From a virus (lineage: Duplodnaviria > Caudoviricetes): DNA of 38,050 nucleotides. The stretch is from IMG/VR virus record IMGVR_UViG_3300037751_000162, positions 1 through 38,050 of that record. The stretch is one strand, 5' to 3'. The notes below the pieces were generated by a model. The model ran no database searches, was not told the origin of the DNA, and saw only the letters and a list, made by a program, of their open reading frames with translations. Numbering within the stretch: position 1 is the first letter of the stretch; each line of letters starts with the position of its first letter. The position numbers were made by a program, and so were the translations under genes. Shown here in pieces: positions 1 to 10,057 of this stretch.

Positions 1-3000
1 GTTGCCCTATCTATGAAGTCAATAAGCGATTTATGGTTGCTACCCGGTATTTCCAACAAGTCCATGGCCTGGCCGGCGGTCGGACCTAAGAACGACTCGA
101 TCCCGATCCCACCGTATTTCACATCATCTTTCGCATCGAGCAACAGCTGCTGGTACCCGAACATACCTGAGCGCTCCATAGCTCGCATGGCGTAGTCAGA
201 GAATGTCGCGTCACGCATAGACGGGGCGCCACGATCGCCATACCGGAGCCAGTCACGCAGGGCATCAACGGCGCCCATACCCAGAGGGTACAGAGTACCG
301 GCAAGCATCAGCGGAGCGTACCGACCGTTCTTCGCCTGGTGCACAGCATTCGCGAGAATAGTCTGGGTGAAGCTCCACATAAACTGCTTCAGGTGGAATA
401 TCAGCGCAAAGTGCGGGTCGCTGGCCCACACCGGTCGTTGAGCCGCGTTCGGGCGTAGGATCGCCTCGTTAGTATAACGGATCATGGCTGCTCGAAGGCG
501 GTTGTCCCGTTCTAGCACAGCCCGATCGGTAGCTCTAAGCGATGCGCGGTCAGCCTCGTTGAGCAGGATCAGGTTGCCATTGGCATCGAAGCTCCCCGCT
601 GTGAGGTCGCCCTTGCGTAGCCCCAGGTCGGTCAGGTATCCACTCGACTCTGCGGTCGAGGTGGTCGAATGAAACTTCATAAACTGCATCGCTGATGCGA
701 TGGCCATGAGCCGCGTCATGCGCGTCCATCCTGTCAGGCCGGAGTATTTGAACAGTGCGTCGTTAACCTGCTTGGCCCGGCCGCTCATCCAGTTGCCGCC
801 GTACTCTTGCTGCAGTGCTTCATTGGTCATGTGGGCTTCGGTGATGCCCAGCATTTCTCCGACAGAGGCGATGTAATCCGGGTTGCCTTTCCAATGATGG
901 TTCCGCCAAGCACGGACGCCGGTGCGGAAAGAACTCCAAGCGTTGCTCAGGCTGCCCGATCGGGCAGCAATACCGGCCGGGTCCACAAGCGAGGTGAAGA
1001 CGGCGAAGTCCAGCACTCTCAGGTTCTGGTACGCCATAAGCACCTGGTTGAACTTGGCGAACTTCGGATTTATGAGCTCCTGCGGGTTTTCTGGCACGAT
1101 CTTGCCCCGGCCTAGCTTCTCACTGGCCCAGTTGATCGCAGTGTTCAGCTTCAGATGCGTCATGCGCCCGTAGGAACCCAGCATCGACTGCACGTAATGC
1201 TGGACGTATTTCAGTTCCTCGTCGGTCGCGCCTGCTTCTTTGGCTCGAAGCAGGGCCGCCGTCAGCTTATCGCCTTTACGGCCAAACCGGCGAACGAAGG
1301 CGCCGCGCTTCACCGCCTGATCGACATAGTTTTCCAGCGTGTTGTACACATTTGTGTCGAACAGTTCACTGATCTGCGCTTTTGAGTCTTCGCTGATCGG
1401 GTTATCCGGGTCGGAATCCTCCAGCAGCCATGCGAGCTCGCGCTTCATAAGGGCGCTCATGCCGGGGGCGAAGTCATCGACGTTGTCATCGATCACAACA
1501 TCCGCCGCACCACCGGCGTTGAGGATGGAATTCAGGATTGAGTCGATCACTTGATCCTTACCAGTACCCGGTATCTCTCCGATACGCTGATTGACCATCT
1601 TCATTATCTGCTTATGGTACTCAGGACGGAGTAGCACCTCACGGATAATCCCGGCGTTCGTGAGCATCCTCACAGGATCGAAACGCCATGGGAAATATGC
1701 CGGTACTTTCTGGCCACGTACTGTAACAGTAGGGCCGCGTTCGCCTACTTCGACACCGGCTTCCTTGAGGTACGCCCGCATGTCTGCCATAAGCAAATAA
1801 ATGTCCTCAGCGGCTTTGCGCGTGGTCGGGTCTGCCTGCCTGCGAGTCTCGGCTGTGAAGTTACGGACAAGCTGTCCTAGCTCCAGGACCTGCGATTCGT
1901 TGAGCGTGTTTGTTATTTTATGCACACGGTTCATGAACTCGCCGGTCTTCTCGGTGCGTTCTTCGAAATAGGTTTCCCGCAAGCCAGTCCTTCCGATCGA
2001 GCGCTGAAACTGATCGGCGAGCTTCGAAAGTACCGGGTTTTGGAAATTGTGCATTTTCGTCTGTGATGCATTAATCGGATCGACGCGGCGGTACCACTTC
2101 TCGAACTTCAGCATCGCGCCGCCCCGGTTCGCAGCATCCGGGCCGAAGACCTGCGCCTCATAAGCCCGGTACGCACCGCCGCTATCCTCCGCCCGTGTAA
2201 TGTTTACTCGGGTGCCTTGCCAGAACGCTTGGAACACACCAGTCGCGGAGTCCGACTCGTTAATAATCGCGAGGAGCTCTCCAAAATACTGATGCACCTT
2301 CTGATATAGGCTCCGAGGCTTGGCACCAAGCTTGAATGTAGGGTCCGTAATAGAGAACTGGTAGGCATAGGCGATAGCCGTGGCTGCACCGGTTTCTGGA
2401 TCGCTGAGCAGGCCCTGAGCCTCCTCGTTGCCAGCAATGCGCTGCAGGATCTGACGAGTTACGAACTCACTCGTGGCGACGTTACCAAGTAGCTGAATCT
2501 CTTCGGGTTTCAGCATCTTGTCGAGTGCGTAGCGCATCATCTGGTGATGTAGCACGGACTCCGCCATCTTCATATCAGCCTGCGCCATCATCAGCAGCTT
2601 CGACATTACCTGCCGAGGCTGCATATTCCCATCCGGCACCCAGGCAGCCGCCAGCTGTTCGAGCGAAACCCCCAGAATCCGCTGCGTCAGGTCTTCGAGG
2701 CGACGGTACTGCGGCGTGTCTTCCGAGGGGGTTGCCCTCTCTGCCCGCGAGAACATAACGCCAGGGGCGGACCCGCCCTGCATGAACTCGTCTAAGTTCT
2801 TGCGCAACTTGCGGTTCGAGGGGAGCCATAGCTCGAAGAGTTCAGAAACTCCGCTGTTATCGTCGGGGTACTCGCCGAATACCACCTCAGTGTATGCGTT
2901 CTTAAAGCTATCCAGGTAATCCTTAATAGCCCTATCGCCACCCTCAGTCCTGGCCAGCTGCGCAGCTATGCGATCCGCGAGCCACTCATTGCGAGATAGG

Positions 3001-6000
3001 TAGTAATCCTTGAATGACTCGCTCAGTGTTGCAAACGGAACGTCTTGGCGTTCTCTACCAAGATGGTGGATTCCTAACTCAGCCTCCGCTGTAGGATTGC
3101 GGGCAAATATAACGTCGCGTATTGACACTTTCAGGTCATCCGCTATTTTTTTCCTATACGCGCTGTACTCTTCGTTAACTTTGCGCATTGCACTGTGCAG
3201 TTTAGATGCTACTAATATACCCTCTTCTGACAAGATTGTATCAGCCCCAATTGCAAGCAGATGGCCGTACTCATGTGTCATAACTTGCGCGGCGGTGATC
3301 GGGCCTTTGAATGGATTAACGAATATTGCTGGCCTGCCGTCTCTCATGCGCTGTGGATCGAAGAAACCTCCCATAGTACCTGACAGTATTTCAGACGCTG
3401 GTGCTCCATCATCCAGTAACTGCCGGATTCCATCCCTTGTGCTCATTAAAGCTGCCGACGGGTGGCTAACCCCCAGCTCTTTGTTTATGGCACTCACAAG
3501 CTCTACCACTCCTTTATGCACAGTAGCCGCGTGTGCATCCTTTTCTACGAAATCTAAGAATAAGTCTTTGACACCTCCCATTTCTAAAACCGAAAAGTCT
3601 ATGGCTTCCTCCAGACTACCTTCCTGTGTTCCAAGTAGTTCTGGAAGGTCTTTCTTAGTAGCCTTGTATCCATAAAACGCTTCGGAATTCTGAAGGATGA
3701 ACCTTTCCATCCTGTCCTGTGTTGCCTTTTCGATCGTATCGATAAAAGCTTGTTTCGCTTGTTCGATATCCGACACGCTCGGTGGGCGCCGCTCAGTCAC
3801 ACGACGACCAAGTGCCATATCGAGCAGCGTTGTCTTGCTCCGGAAGTTATCCGACATTTTTTCGAACTGCTCGATCGCCTCTGCGTTATTGAGCGCAGTT
3901 TCGCGAATCACTGATGCCGGCGCCGCCGCATTATCAGTCCCTTCCCCGGCTGCTTTGCGGAGCTGCTTGGCGACTCGCTGGGGGTTATATGCCACAGTTG
4001 CGATGCCGCCTTCGATCGGCGGCAAACCGGCGCGGTCATACACCTGATCCACGAAGTCAATCCAGGCATCGAAGTTCTTGATCGGCGCACCCTGCAGAAG
4101 TCCACGCCGGCGCACAATTTCCAGCGCAGCTGAAGCGACGGTGCTCGTATCCTGTGCCCCCCGACGCAGCTCCCCGGTGCGCTCCGGTTCCTGTTCGAAC
4201 CCCCGCTGCTCGGCGGAGCCACGCTTAACTGCTTCTTGCAGCTCCGATTGTGTTTCGGGGATGCCAGAGATTTCCCGCTCAGGAGCCTCGGTGAACTGAC
4301 CACCTTCCTCCGGCTGCGGTTGTCCTTCGATCTGAATCTGAGTCCGGAGCCGTCCGATGTTGGTAAGTAGTGTCTCTTCCTGCCGGCCCAGCCGTTCAAG
4401 CCGCCTGCGGGCATCGGCCTGGAGCGTGGTGCTTATACCTTCCTGGGCCAGATTCTCCTGCTCTTGCTCGACGGCCCGCTGCACCCGGGCGAAACGCTGC
4501 TCCATATCATCGAGCTGCTGCTGCAAGGTTTGGTTCTCAGTCAACTGCTTGTACGTGAATTCGATTCCATCCTTCGTGCGGAATGCGATGGTGTTCGGAC
4601 TGATCGCATCGAAATCAATCTCGACTTTATTGTTCGGGTCGTTCAGCAACGAAGACATAGCTGTGTTGAAGTCGCGCTTGGTCCGTTCGTATAGAGATAG
4701 GCCCTCGTCTTGCCGCTCGCGCGTGGCGGTCGGACGGAACTTGTTAATCAAGTTCATCAGGTTCAGCTGCACGTTGCGATCGTTAAGCCTCGCCTCGATG
4801 TTGCTTGCCTGCGGGTTTACCGCCCCACTTCTCGGCACTGTCTTAAAGACTGCGTTGGTATCACCCCGGAACCCACCGCCCTCGGCACCCTCGATCTTCG
4901 CAACCTTAAACACATCGCCCGGTAAGTCGAGCGCTTGCGGTTCAGGCTCTTGCCCGATCTGTTTAATAACGGCAAAACTATCAAGGAAAGCTTCCGGGTT
5001 ACTCGGGTCATACAGATCGAGCACGGAGAACCGCTGCTGTATCGGCGGCAATCCTTGCTGCTCACGCTCAGCCGCAGCTTCCTCAACCAGCCGAGAACGT
5101 TCTTCGAATAGACGAGAGGCAGCAGCCTGCAGGAAATCGACTTCACCCTGCGGCGTGGTCTGCCCCAGCTCCTGCCGAGCTTGGTCTCTCACAAGCTCCG
5201 AGTACGGAACTGCTTCGTATCGCTGTTTGGTGCTTTTTTTGTTAAGCGCGTCCACCTGCTTCTGCAAGCTATCGCCGATTTTCACATCGGTGATATTATT
5301 CAACTCAGCCGCCGCTCGGGATGCTTCGGCCGTCACGAACGGTTCGTCACGCTGTGAGAGGATATATCTATCGTTGCCCAGTATTACCGGATCACGTTCG
5401 ACCAGAGCGTCTGCGAATTCAGTAGCTTGGTCTTCCGTTAATGTGATACCGCCCCCCGGGGTATCGATAATCTGATCGACGTGCTGCACATCGAAACCAC
5501 CACGGCGGATCTTATCTTCAAGCGCCCTGGCCTGGTTCATAATCATCCGGATCGGTGCAGCCTTGAACGCACTCTTGATAAACTCAACCTCACTATCTGA
5601 TATCGGAGCATCGGGAGTCTCAAGCGCCTGTCGGGCCATCTGTGCAGCTTGGCGCACACGTTTTAGCTCGTTAGGCTTGAGCAGCGAACCCAGCCGGCCC
5701 TCGGCCAGCGCCTGTTCGACGCCCTGCAGCCCGCGAGAATACTTGATGCCAGTGTCGCCGTCTTCCTGAATATGGGACTGCTGGGTCAGGTCCACGGCAC
5801 CCTCGGGTGCCCCCCGGCGCACGATATCGTCGGCGTACTGAGTCCGGGCTTCCTTCGACTCCTTGAACCGCTTCGCGAACTGCTCAGGGGTCTCGGTTGG
5901 GTCGAACCTACGTGCCTGGCGCTCAGGCTCGGATTCAGGGACAGGCTCTGGTTCTGGGTCGAATCTACGTGCCTGGCGCTCAGGGCGGGCCTCGCCCTCC

Positions 6001-6977
6001 GGCGACACCGTAAAGTCAGGTTCTGTAAACCTGGCGGCCCGCTCGGCCTGCTCCTGAGTCTCCCGCTGGCCCTCCCGCTGCGCCCGGGCGTCCCGGAACC
6101 GCTCTACCCCCAGTGCGGCGGCCGAAGGCACCCCGCCCACGGTACCACCCGCCACGAGGCCGATGGCGGCCTCGTCGATCCGGCGCTCGATATCCAGTGG
6201 ATCCAGTCCCTCGACTCCACCCACGGTGCGGCCGATGTCCCCGACAGCGCCTTGGGCGGCCTCAGTAGCGGCCTCGGCGCCGGCGGCTTCCAGAGCCCTG
6301 CGGGGCACACTAGCGCCCGTCTGACGCAGCCCCAGGCGCTGGAGCGTGGCTGGATCAACGCCAGCCCGAAGTAGGTCCCGCAGTACGGTATCCGGGATCG
6401 CCGCTCGCGCCACCCGGCCGACGCCCAGGGCGTCTAACGCACCTGCAGCAAGACCGGTCGCCGCAGCAACGCCTGGTCGGCTTTCCCCGGTCTCCTGTTG
6501 GATATCCAGAAAAGCAGAGCCCGCCTCCGGCACTGCCGAAGTGAGGCCGGCCGCTGCCAATACGGGGATCGCGCCGCCCCCGGTCGCCGCCGCAAGTCCC
6601 CCTGCAGCGGCAGCGGCAGCCAACGATGGTGCTGCAAGGCCGAGAGCCCCGCCCACGAAATCGGTCACATCGTCGAAGCTCGTCCAATCGACCTGGGTTG
6701 CCCTCGGCTGGGCTTGGGGAGGTAAGGCGGCCGCCTCTTCCTCAGCCCCCTGGGCACCTGCAGCCCCGAACTCAGTCAGGCGCTGAGACCCGAGAGCCTC
6801 GCCCGCGAGCTGGGCTGCCCCGAACACTCCGCGCTTAAGGGAGCTGGTGCCGATATCCACGCCACGCTCAAACTGCCCCCGCGTAGCCTCCTCGATCGTC
6901 ATGCCACCTGCCGGCCTTATAGCCGGCTGCGATACGTCGAAAATCGCATCCCTCAAGTGACTCGGTGTGTGGGGCAT
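1..6977 (-). CDS. Giant internal virion/ejection (large polyvalent-type) protein, >2325 aa, truncated by the window edge, with a zincin metallopeptidase domain
   Basis: Manual translation from ATG at 6977 (upstream AAGGT) starts MPHTPSHLRDAIFDVSQP and found no stop before base 1. It has Gly/Ala-rich hydrophobic N-terminal segments, HEYGH at 3261-3275 with a downstream NEWLAD, and a C-terminal RPVWASDPHFALIFHLKQFMWSF. It lies at the end of the tail operon. Confidence 0.85.
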   Translation of the reverse strand, partial: MPHTPSHLRDAIFDVSQPAIRPAGGMTIEEATRGQFERGVDIGTSSLKRGVFGAAQLAGEALGSQRLTEFGAAGAQGAEEEAAALPPQAQPRATQVDWTSFDDVTDFVGGALGLAAPSLAAAAAAGGLAAATGGGAIPVLAAAGLTSAVPEAGSAFLDIQQETGESRPGVAAATGLAAGALDALGVGRVARAAIPDTVLRDLLRAGVDPATLQRLGLRQTGASVPRRALEAAGAEAATEAAQGAVGDIGRTVGGVEGLDPLDIERRIDEAAIGLVAGGTVGGVPSAAALGVERFRDARAQREGQRETQEQAERAARFTEPDFTVSPEGEARPERQARRFDPEPEPVPESEPERQARRFDPTETPEQFAKRFKESKEARTQYADDIVRRGAPEGAVDLTQQSHIQEDGDTGIKYSRGLQGVEQALAEGRLGSLLKPNELKRVRQAAQMARQALETPDAPISDSEVEFIKSAFKAAPIRMIMNQARALEDKIRRGGFDVQHVDQIIDTPGGGITLTEDQATEFADALVERDPVILGNDRYILSQRDEPFVTAEASRAAAELNNITDVKIGDSLQKQVDALNKKSTKQRYEAVPYSELVRDQARQELGQTTPQGEVDFLQAAASRLFEERSRLVEEAAAEREQQGLPPIQQRFSVLDLYDPSNPEAFLDSFAVIKQIGQEPEPQALDLPGDVFKVAKIEGAEGGGFRGDTNAVFKTVPRSGAVNPQASNIEARLNDRNVQLNLMNLINKFRPTATRERQDEGLSLYERTKRDFNTAMSSLLNDPNNKVEIDFDAISPNTIAFRTKDGIEFTYKQLTENQTLQQQLDDMEQRFARVQRAVEQEQENLAQEGISTTLQADARRRLERLGRQEETLLTNIGRLRTQIQIEGQPQPEEGGQFTEAPEREISGIPETQSELQEAVKRGSAEQRGFEQEPERTGELRRGAQDTSTVASAALEIVRRRGLLQGAPIKNFDAWIDFVDQVYDRAGLPPIEGGIATVAYNPQRVAKQLRKAAGEGTDNAAAPASVIRETALNNAEAIEQFEKMSDNFRSKTTLLDMALGRRVTERRPPSVSDIEQAKQAFIDTIEKATQDRMERFILQNSEAFYGYKATKKDLPELLGTQEGSLEEAIDFSVLEMGGVKDLFLDFVEKDAHAATVHKGVVELVSAINKELGVSHPSAALMSTRDGIRQLLDDGAPASEILSGTMGGFFDPQRMRDGRPAIFVNPFKGPITAAQVMTHEYGHLLAIGADTILSEEGILVASKLHSAMRKVNEEYSAYRKKIADDLKVSIRDVIFARNPTAEAELGIHHLGRERQDVPFATLSESFKDYYLSRNEWLADRIAAQLARTEGGDRAIKDYLDSFKNAYTEVVFGEYPDDNSGVSELFELWLPSNRKLRKNLDEFMQGGSAPGVMFSRAERATPSEDTPQYRRLEDLTQRILGVSLEQLAAAWVPDGNMQPRQVMSKLLMMAQADMKMAESVLHHQMMRYALDKMLKPEEIQLLGNVATSEFVTRQILQRIAGNEEAQGLLSDPETGAATAIAYAYQFSITDPTFKLGAKPRSLYQKVHQYFGELLAIINESDSATGVFQAFWQGTRVNITRAEDSGGAYRAYEAQVFGPDAANRGGAMLKFEKWYRRVDPINASQTKMHNFQNPVLSKLADQFQRSIGRTGLRETYFEERTEKTGEFMNRVHKITNTLNESQVLELGQLVRNFTAETRRQADPTTRKAAEDIYLLMADMRAYLKEAGVEVGERGPTVTVRGQKVPAYFPWRFDPVRMLTNAGIIREVLLRPEYHKQIMKMVNQRIGEIPGTGKDQVIDSILNSILNAGGAADVVIDDNVDDFAPGMSALMKRELAWLLEDSDPDNPISEDSKAQISELFDTNVYNTLENYVDQAVKRGAFVRRFGRKGDKLTAALLRAKEAGATDEELKYVQHYVQSMLGSYGRMTHLKLNTAINWASEKLGRGKIVPENPQELINPKFAKFNQVLMAYQNLRVLDFAVFTSLVDPAGIAARSGSLSNAWSSFRTGVRAWRNHHWKGNPDYIASVGEMLGITEAHMTNEALQQEYGGNWMSGRAKQVNDALFKYSGLTGWTRMTRLMAIASAMQFMKFHSTTSTAESSGYLTDLGLRKGDLTAGSFDANGNLILLNEADRASLRATDRAVLERDNRLRAAMIRYTNEAILRPNAAQRPVWASDPHFALIFHLKQFMWSFTQTILANAVHQAKNGRYAPLMLAGTLYPLGMGAVDALRDWLRYGDRGAPSMRDATFSDYAMRAMERSGMFGYQQLLLDAKDDVKYGGIGIESFLGPTAGQAMDLLEIPGSNHKSLIDFIDRA
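5898..5984. repeat. Intragenic 30-bp direct repeat (29/30 identical, 57-bp offset) encoding PERQARRFDP twice
   Basis: TGGGTCGAA(C/T)CTACGTGCCTGGCGCTCAGG at 5898-5927 and 5955-5984. Confidence 0.9.
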
Positions 6978-6986
6978 GCTTCTACC

Positions 6987-8135
6987 TTATTCCGTTCTAA
7001 TATTTACGTTCTGGTTAAACCGGCGCATTAGCGATACAAGCCCACCCGCATCGGCGCCGCTGATACCACCGAACTGAAAGAACCCCGGATCAATATTTGT
7101 TTTGAAGGTCTTTCCGCTCGGGTCTTGGAACTCTACTTGCTCCAGCTTATTCGGGTTCCCTTGCTGGTCCGTATCGTACACAAGAGTTAGCCCGCGAGCC
7201 TGAGACAGAGACCGGACCAGGTCAGGACCGGAGAAGTCAAAGATGCCCTGGCCGGTGGCTTCGCTGAAGGTCTTACCCAAAAGCTCAGCCGCCAAGATCG
7301 CGGAGTTTGCGTCGGCTACACCGCCACCGCCAGCAGCCAGCAGCTCGTCCGCGATACCCTTCACTGCACGCGCGCTGCGGCTCCGACCTTCATCGTCGCC
7401 CTCAATCTCAGGCTGCAGCGCAGAGAATGTCGCTTCGGTCGCTTCTTTTATTTGAGCCCGCTGGTCCTGCCCCTGCTTCAATTTAAGCCCCTGCTGGCTA
7501 ATTCCAAGCTCCCCTGCCCTTAGCTGATTCGCCAGGGACCGACCGGATGCTGTAGCTGCAGATGCTTCGCGCGCCTGACCGATATCTTCCAGTTTTAGCA
7601 GCCCTTCCAGCGCTGCGCGAGAACCGATCCCGCCGCCTTGGAAACGTTGCAGGAGCCGCTCGCGGATTTGATCGGTCGGGGCAGCTCCACCGGTGCCCTG
7701 GTTCCGGATCGCGTTCGCGCGCTGCAGTTCGGCAGTAGAACCGGTGAGGTCTGCGGTGTTCACGCTGCGGGCGCGTTCCTGCAACTCCCCGGGTGTGAAC
7801 TGAGTTGTCGCCCCGTCGCGAGTAATACCACCTTCGCCGGCTCGCAGGACGCGGTCAAATATAGACCCTTCTTGCTGGGGCTGCTGCCCTGCAACCACAG
7901 GAGGGGCGGCCGGCGCGGCGGGCTGCTCAGGAGAGACGAAGTTTTTCATGGCCGATATATACCGCTGCCCTGTTTCGGAGGTACCAAAACCTAACTGCTG
8001 GGCTACCCCGATCCTATCGGCCCGCGACTGCGGGGTTGTGGGCGGAGTAGCAGTCGGCCGGGCATCCCCGGTAAGCTGCTGAGTAAGCCGCTCGCGCTGG
8101 CGACGACGACGCTCTTCTTCAGTATGGGTAGGCAT
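6987..8135 (-). CDS. Putative internal virion/ejection protein (382 aa)
   Basis: Gln/Gly/Ala-rich low-complexity ORF with GGAG RBS, directly upstream of the giant protein; function inferred from position. Confidence 0.7.
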   Translation of the reverse strand: MPTHTEEERRRRQRERLTQQLTGDARPTATPPTTPQSRADRIGVAQQLGFGTSETGQRYISAMKNFVSPEQPAAPAAPPVVAGQQPQQEGSIFDRVLRAGEGGITRDGATTQFTPGELQERARSVNTADLTGSTAELQRANAIRNQGTGGAAPTDQIRERLLQRFQGGGIGSRAALEGLLKLEDIGQAREASAATASGRSLANQLRAGELGISQQGLKLKQGQDQRAQIKEATEATFSALQPEIEGDDEGRSRSARAVKGIADELLAAGGGGVADANSAILAAELLGKTFSEATGQGIFDFSGPDLVRSLSQARGLTLVYDTDQQGNPNKLEQVEFQDPSGKTFKTNIDPGFFQFGGISGADAGGLVSLMRRFNQNVNIRTE

Positions 8136-8146
8136 ATCCAGTCTCC

Positions 8147-10057
8147 TTATACGCTTTCAGTGGCTACGAGCTGAACCATCGTGTTCTGGCTCTGCAGCGT
8201 CGCTGCTGCCATTGTGTTAAGAACGTCGGCTGCGGCGACTGAAGTCCGAGCCCGGATATCAATCAACGTTTTTCTCAGGTTCGCTTTTTCAATTGCAGAC
8301 CTGAGCTTACCGTCATAGCGGGACAGATCGGCGCGCAGTTCGAGCTCTTCGTTCGCCTGCCGGGCCCTCAGTATATCAAGCTCAGCAGCGAGGTCAGTTT
8401 TGTATTTATCCACCGCTGCCAGGTACTCGCGAAGGTCGCCTTCGAATACAGCCTTCTCAACATCGACATCAGCAAGGTAGCGGCGGATGTCGGATTCATA
8501 GACAGCTGCGATGTTCCTGTTGGATTCGAGTCCTACCTGAGCGCGAGTCTGTTCCACGCCCGCCTGTGCCTCGAACGCTTGGACACGCGCCTGGTAGGCC
8601 CTCACTTCCTCGGCGTGCGCCTGCACCTTGGCCATATCCCCTTCAAGCGCAGAACGGTAAGCACCGAACTCTGCTTCTTTGGCCTGCACCAGTAAGGAAT
8701 GCGCCCGTACCTTTTCACCATAAAGTTCTATCCTCAACCGCTGCACTCCGGCTTCTGTCGATACGCCCTCCAGCTGCGCGCGGTACAGGTCGATCTTCGT
8801 GCTCTGCGCCCTTATTTTCTCGACGTATATCTGAAAATCCTGCTGCTCGATATCCTTGCGGAGTTTCACGGCTTGGATTTCCAGCTCAAATGCCTGCATG
8901 TCCGCGAGCGCAGATTTGAGTTCCGTCTCGTATACCTCGGCCCTGGTCCGATAAACTTGAACCAGCGCCTGATAGCGCTGCAGGTTCAGATTGTAGACCT
9001 CAACTGCAAACTGATTCAGCTCGCGACTGAATTGCAAAGCCTGCGAATTAATCTCAAGCAACTGTGCAGAGTATTGCAGCATTGCATTCAGCATCGACTG
9101 TCGCAATGTCGCGCTAACCTGCATGATGAACTGTGCATGCTGCTGCTCAAGCCTTGCCCGTTCGATTGCTACGTCCGTCGCTGCGGCGACAACGTCCTTC
9201 GCCATCTTCACACGAACCTGAACAGTAAGCTCGTTGAGGAGCCCGGGCGGCATTGGGAACCCTCGGCTGCTGATCTGCCGCTCCATATCCTTCATTGCCG
9301 CCGAGTATTCTTCCTCAGCGCGGTAACGAGCGCGGTCGAAGATAGATTGCTCGACGTTTTCAGACATGGCTGTACCGCCGTCCATCCCCGCTTCGATCTT
9401 CGCTTCCAGCCGCGCCAACGCGGTATGGTACTCGGGCGCGAACCGATCGATCAGTACCTCCATCTGCGTTTCGAGCGCAGCGCGGAGCTGCGGGACAGCT
9501 TGGTTAAACGCTTGCTCGTATGAAGCTGACAGATCACCTAGCGCGTCTGGGTCCGCTTCCGTGAAGCTAAACCCAAACTTCGGCAATGTAAGCTGCGGCG
9601 CATCCGGGACTTCAATCTCTGATTGAACGGGCGCATCCGGGAACACAACAGTCGGAGACTCTGGGAAGTCGAATGTCGTGTTGATGTCCGGAGCAACGTC
9701 CGTAAAGTCGGGAACGATGAAATCCGGCCTCGGGATCGTGAAGAGGTTGGAAGTATCCAGCGGGGTCGGCGCCGCTTCCAGATCAGGTATATCCGGCACA
9801 TATATCGGCTGGAACACAGGCCTTGTTGGTTCTGAATCAGGCCTGAAGAACTGCCCTGTGAATATACCAGGGTCGCTGGGGGTGCTGGGCCGTTCGAAGT
9901 CAGCAATGTTTGCCGAGAACGCCGGTTCGTTGAACGTCGCGCTGGCATCCGCTTCATTTACAGCATCATTCGTCAGCGCAATAGCGGCATCGAAGGACTC
10001 CTGCGCGAAGGACCTGGAATCCGCGATAATCGCGTTTACTGTATCATCGATAGTCAT
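8147..10057 (-). CDS. Coiled-coil virion structural protein (636 aa)
   Basis: Pro/acidic N-terminal region followed by a long Ala/Glu/Gln helical region; start overlaps the stop of the upstream gene. Confidence 0.75.
   Translation of the reverse strand: MTIDDTVNAIIADSRSFAQESFDAAIALTNDAVNEADASATFNEPAFSANIADFERPSTPSDPGIFTGQFFRPDSEPTRPVFQPIYVPDIPDLEAAPTPLDTSNLFTIPRPDFIVPDFTDVAPDINTTFDFPESPTVVFPDAPVQSEIEVPDAPQLTLPKFGFSFTEADPDALGDLSASYEQAFNQAVPQLRAALETQMEVLIDRFAPEYHTALARLEAKIEAGMDGGTAMSENVEQSIFDRARYRAEEEYSAAMKDMERQISSRGFPMPPGLLNELTVQVRVKMAKDVVAAATDVAIERARLEQQHAQFIMQVSATLRQSMLNAMLQYSAQLLEINSQALQFSRELNQFAVEVYNLNLQRYQALVQVYRTRAEVYETELKSALADMQAFELEIQAVKLRKDIEQQDFQIYVEKIRAQSTKIDLYRAQLEGVSTEAGVQRLRIELYGEKVRAHSLLVQAKEAEFGAYRSALEGDMAKVQAHAEEVRAYQARVQAFEAQAGVEQTRAQVGLESNRNIAAVYESDIRRYLADVDVEKAVFEGDLREYLAAVDKYKTDLAAELDILRARQANEELELRADLSRYDGKLRSAIEKANLRKTLIDIRARTSVAAADVLNTMAAATLQSQNTMVQLVATESV

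Noticed and set aside
13-6838. Numerous ORFs in the track (e.g. 3010..3675, 4357..5475, 5772..6374)
   Set aside because: They are antisense or alternative-frame shadows of the giant minus-strand gene, with unnatural Ser/Arg-rich composition
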